A stretch of DNA of 63,454 nucleotides, the filler included, from Craspedostauros australis (lineage: Eukaryota): assembly GCA_030167865.1 (NCBI GenBank). It is 10 parts of 10 records of this genome, joined end to end, with 100 filler letters (N's around TTAATTAATTAA, not from the genome) between each part and the next. Parts side by side here need not be neighbours in the genome. Positions count along the whole stretch, not along the records: positions 57,802 to 61,321 come from JALAGF010006251.1; positions 61,422 to 63,454 come from JALAGF010006252.1; 8 more parts are not named here. One strand, written 5' to 3'. Both the position numbers and the translations under genes were made by a program. The notes beneath the pieces were generated by a model that did not search any database, was not told where the DNA came from, and worked only from the letters and a program-made list of their open reading frames with translations. This document shows positions 59,359 to 63,454 of the stretch, piece by piece. Each line of letters begins with the position of its first letter. Position 1 is the first letter of the stretch.

Positions 59359-61321
59359 CTATCGAGAATATTTAGGATTATTTTTTTCCCTCTTGCTCTG
59401 TCTTGAGGCGATCGACGTGCTCGAGTTCCTTTTGGCTGGCTTCCTGTGTTGTCCCCGTCCGCTGAAGATTACAGCGTGCACGCCAGGTTTTGCGGTTTTA
59501 GTACGGTGCTTGTTCATTTCGCCCATCTGATTCTCCAGGATGATGGACTTGTCCACCACGAAAGGAACGTAGGAAATTTTTCCGCCGTAGTTCCAAGCAA
59601 CTGTGCTTTTCGTGCCTGCAACGGTGTATATCAGGTCTTTTCCAAAGAGATCACGCAGTCCGGGGTTCGCCACTGCGGAAGCATTTTTCTTGTTGTCGTT
59701 CATGTCTGAGCTTGTATCCTCGGAGTAATCTTTGGCTTGGATACAGATTGTTCGCAAACCGTAGAGCTTCTTACCTGTGTTGTCCGTCTGCTGNGCAAGG
59801 AAGGTGATATAGGCATCTGCGAACTCACTGCTACCTTCTGCAACGTGGATGAGTGGCAGGTTGAAGATAAGTTCCACGACGCCCGTCTTTTTCACGACGT
59901 CTGTGGTTGTGCCTTGAGATGTGTTGGCGGAAGCGGCGGCGGCCGGTTTCGCGTCTTCGTCGGGTGCTTTGTGAGATGTATTGGTGGAGTTGTTGATTCC
60001 CGCCGCGGGAATGCGACGGGTGACTTGGGGCACAGTGGGGGCTTTCTGCTTGTGGTCTTGCTGGTCNNNNNNNNNNNNNNNNNNNNNNNNNNNNNNNNNN
60101 NNNNNNNNNNNNNNNNCTCTGTCTTGAGGCGATCGACGTGCTCGAGTTCCTTTTGGCTGGCTTCCTGTGTTGTCCCCGTCCGCTGAAGATTACAGCGTGC
60201 GCGCCAGGTTTTGCGGTATTAGTACGGTGCTTGTTCATTTCGTCCATCTGATTCTCCAGGATGATGGACTTGTCCACCACGAAAGGAACGTAGGGAATTT
60301 TTCCGCCGTAGTTCCAAGCAACTGTGCTTTTCGTGCCTGCAACGGTGTATATCAGGTCTTTGCCAAAGAGATCACGCAGCCCGGGGTTCGCCACTGCGGA
60401 AGCATTTTTCTTGTTGTCGTTCATGTCTGAGCTTGTATCCTCGGAGTAATCTTTGGCTTGGATACAGATTGTTCGCAAACCGTAGAGCTTCTTACCTGTG
60501 TTGTCCGTCTGCTGGGCAAGGAAGGTGATATAGGCATCTGCGATTTCACTGCTACCTTCTGCCACGTGGATGAGTGGCAGGTTGAAGATAAGTTCCACGA
60601 CGCCCGTCTTTTTCACGACGTCTGTGGTTGTGCCTTGAGATGCGTTGGCGGAAGCGGCGGCGGCGGCCGGTTTCGCGTCTTCGTCGGGTGCTTTGTGAGA
60701 TGTATTGGTGGAGTTGTTGATTCCCGCCGCGGCAATGCGACGGGTGCCTTGGGGCACAGTGGGGGCTTTCTGCTTGTGGTCTTGCTGGTCATTGCATTGT
60801 TGTTCGACCTCCCAGAGCACACTGAGTTGGTGGAGTAAGTCGTGATCGACGAAAATTGAACCATCGGACGCCAACTCTGTCCATGTCGTATCTGAATCAA
60901 TGTCCTTGAGCGGACTCGAACGCGAGTCTCTGTTTTGATCAAAGTGACATTCGTCCATTTTGCCAAATACAGCGCCCGGCTTGTTTGCAGCAGCATCCAT
61001 GATGCGCTGCTTGTCCGCTTCGGTCTCGACGCAAGTCATTATTGACTTGTGGAAGTGCACCCGAGCAATCCCGAGGTCTCTTGGAAGTAGTGCCGGGTGG
61101 GTACCCTTGAGAGACCAAAAGAGATGGCCGGGGCCGTTTTCCACAACTGAGTCTTTGCTGGTCGTTCCGCATGCGTAGTGGGAAAACATGTTGTTGTTGG
61201 TCGTCACCCATTTTTCGATTCTCATGCCGACCTTGCGCAGAGCAGCAAAGATGTCTGCTTCCTGCTGCCCAACCGTGTTTGGATTGGGACCATTGGCGGG
61301 AGCAGCAACGACGCGCCCGTG
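59359..61321 (-). CDS. Hypothetical protein with candidate restriction-endonuclease-like C-terminal domain; 3' part present twice, 5' partial
   Basis: Open to scaffold end; ADAYITF...RTICIQAKDY; 59359-60066 nearly duplicates 60117-60790. Confidence 0.55.
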
Positions 61322-61421
61322 NNNNNNNNNNNNNNNNNNNNNNNNNNNNNNNNNNNNNNNNNNNNTTAATTAATTAANNNNNNNNNNNNNNNNNNNNNNN
61401 NNNNNNNNNNNNNNNNNNNNN

Positions 61422-63454
61422 GCATCATCGGACATCGCGAGGTAGAGTGCCGAAAGAAGAAGTTCAACAAAAAGAAGAAGGCCAACAAGCAGGCCAACAC
61501 AGCGAAGGAAAGACATGAGAAGAGCGGCCATGAGATGATGCTCTCTATNCTGGACATGATGCTCTGCTTGGAGGTATCCGACNACATCAAGGATTCATTC
61601 TTNGATCACTTCCAACACTTCGAAAACGATGACGAAGTACACGACNACGAGGTCGTGCCAGCGTGGCTCAGCGACGAGCCAATCATCCATGAAGTCGACC
61701 GACGTCGCGAAGTCAGCTACAAGTACTGCTTCAATGTGAACGACATCATTGATCTGTCCGGCGACGCAGCTGAGATGGGAGCAGAGACCATCGCCATCGA
61801 GTTGGAAGCGGCTGCGAACGCAGACGATGCCGACACCAACGAGAACAGCGCGGATCAAGACAACGAAGACGTCTCTGGCGACAAGACAAACGGCGGTGAG
61901 GCGCTGCCTCCTCCAGTGGCAAGGAACAACAGAATGGGTATCTTCCACAAAGACAGCAGCAATGAATCAGAACAAGAAGTGGACAGATTCAATCCAAACA
62001 AGAGAGTCATCTATCCAACAGACATCTCGTTCCCACCAGTCCAGAANNNNNNNNNNNNNNACACCATACACAGGCATGATACGATCCCATATCCTACATT
62101 GACAGTAGAGACAATGCAACGACAGCTCATCCACGACGCCGTGATGGTAGCAGGCATGCGTCGCTTCCCAGGGATGACCAACGGGGGACTGCAACACGTA
62201 TGGGTGCGCGTGATTGGCACCATACTGTCCGACAATTTCCGATCAATCGAAGAGATTCTCGCCAACANNNNNNNNNNNNNNNNNNNNNNNNNNNNNNNNN
62301 NNNNNNNNNNNNNNNNNATTCTCGCCAACACAGTGATGCTCAACCGGCTGTTGGAGGAAAGACGAGCTCATTCCAGAGACGGAATTGCACTACGTCCTTG
62401 GGGGATGTATGCAGGTACTCCTGCGCGAGCGACCACAAGTCACGCCATACGATTCGGTGACAGGAACTCACCAAGAAGACATGACTCCAGCAGTCAGAGA
62501 ACCGTACTACGACGGCATGGACTACCACAGGATGGACGACAGGAACGAAGAAGATCACNNNNNNNNNNNNNNNNNNNNNNNNNNNNNNNNNNNNNNNNNN
62601 NNNNNNNNNNNNNNNNNNNNNNNNNNNNNNNNNNNNNNNNNNNNNNNNNNNNNNNNNNNNNNNNNNNNNNNNNNNNNNNNNNNNNNNNNNNNNNNNNNNN
62701 NNNNNNNNNNNNNNNNNNNNNNNNNNNNNNNNNNNNNNNNNAAGCTGGACTCTCCCAAGATCGGATCCATCCGCTTGAAGGTCAAGCAACATGACAACAC
62801 TTGCCACATTATCCAGCTCAATAATGTGAAGTACGCACCCAAGATGGTGGTGAACCTTTTCTCTACAAACAAGGCACTATACAACAGTTACCAGATTGGA
62901 AACAATGGCATTCTGATGGNNNNNNNNNNNNNNNNNNNNNNNNNNNNNNNNNNNNNNNNNNNNNNNNNNNNNNNNNNNNNNNNNNNNNNNNNNNNNNNNN
63001 NNNNNNNNNNNNNNNNNNNNNNNCATGCCAACTGAGGATGACAAGGCTTCCACAGCCATCATCAAGAGCCCATCCAAGGAGGTGAGCGCGGTGAACTTGC
63101 ATCGAATGCTCCGTCACGCACCGCTCGAGACCATGAAGCAGACAGCCGCTCAATACGGATGGAAGATCATCGGCGAGATGCTGGTGTGTCGCGACTGTGC
63201 TGTCGCGAATGCGAGAGTGAAGAACATCTCAAAGACTAGAATCCCAAGAGCGACTCGCCGTGGCGAACGCCTCTTCATCAATATCAGTTACACTAAACAC
63301 ATAGGCTTCGGAGATAAATGCTACTGGACCTTGATCGTGGACAGCTTCACGGACTACTGCTGGAGCTTCTTTCTGAAGAACAAGAGTGACCAACCAGGGT
63401 ACATCAAACGATTCGTGCAGACGATCAAGTCACACACAGGTGATCAACAAATCA
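61422..63454 (+). mobile_element. Ty1/copia fragment (probable gag end, protease, integrase N-terminus), degenerate
   Basis: LNNVKYAPKMVVNLFS; frame from 63025 reads LHRMLRH...CRDC (HHCC), GERLFINIS, YWTLIVDSFTDYCWSFFLKNKSD. Assignment of the region before about 62740 is tentative. Confidence 0.8.

Noticed and set aside
9113..61421. Recurring TTAATTAATTAA motif and apparent gene neighbourhoods across it, including linkage of the two FAAL genes
   Set aside because: Synthetic scaffold linker; sequences on either side are not demonstrably adjacent.

Overview
Eukaryotic draft assembly, most likely from a diatom or related stramenopile (inferred from CoDi-I-like copia elements, an Ambal-like LINE, TTAGGG telomere and intron-poor genes). 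It is not one locus. At least ten scaffolds are joined by artificial 100-nt N44-TTAATTAATTAA-N44 spacers (12-mers at 9157, 19289, 30606, 35921, 45969, 49783, 56227, 57746, 61366), so adjacency across spacers is meaningless. Host genes: a 1527-aa FAAL-ACP-(TM/beta-helix)x3 protein resembling the Pls/PosA NRPS-terminal-domain family, a truncated FAAL paralogue, a UbiE/MenG-like methyltransferase, an RsuA/RluB-type pseudouridine synthase, an ankyrin protein, a COG3899-like P-loop ATPase and a candidate REase-fold protein. Mobile DNA: a two-ORF PIF/Harbinger element, two chromodomain-bearing CoDi-I-like copia elements, two other copia fragments, an APE-RT LINE plus a decayed RT-RNaseH-CCHC relative, and a 576-bp foldback MITE. 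One scaffold is a chromosome end (~183-bp satellite, 74-bp minisatellite, telomere). Best candidates for novelty: (1) the membrane-bound FAAL-ACP-Pls-like synthetase; (2) a copia tandem whose intact ORF lies between two dissimilar LTRs with TATTGG...CCAATA ends, the second LTR also heading a different element; (3) a copia Pol with a long extension after RNase H. All family calls come from motif recognition by eye; no searches were run.
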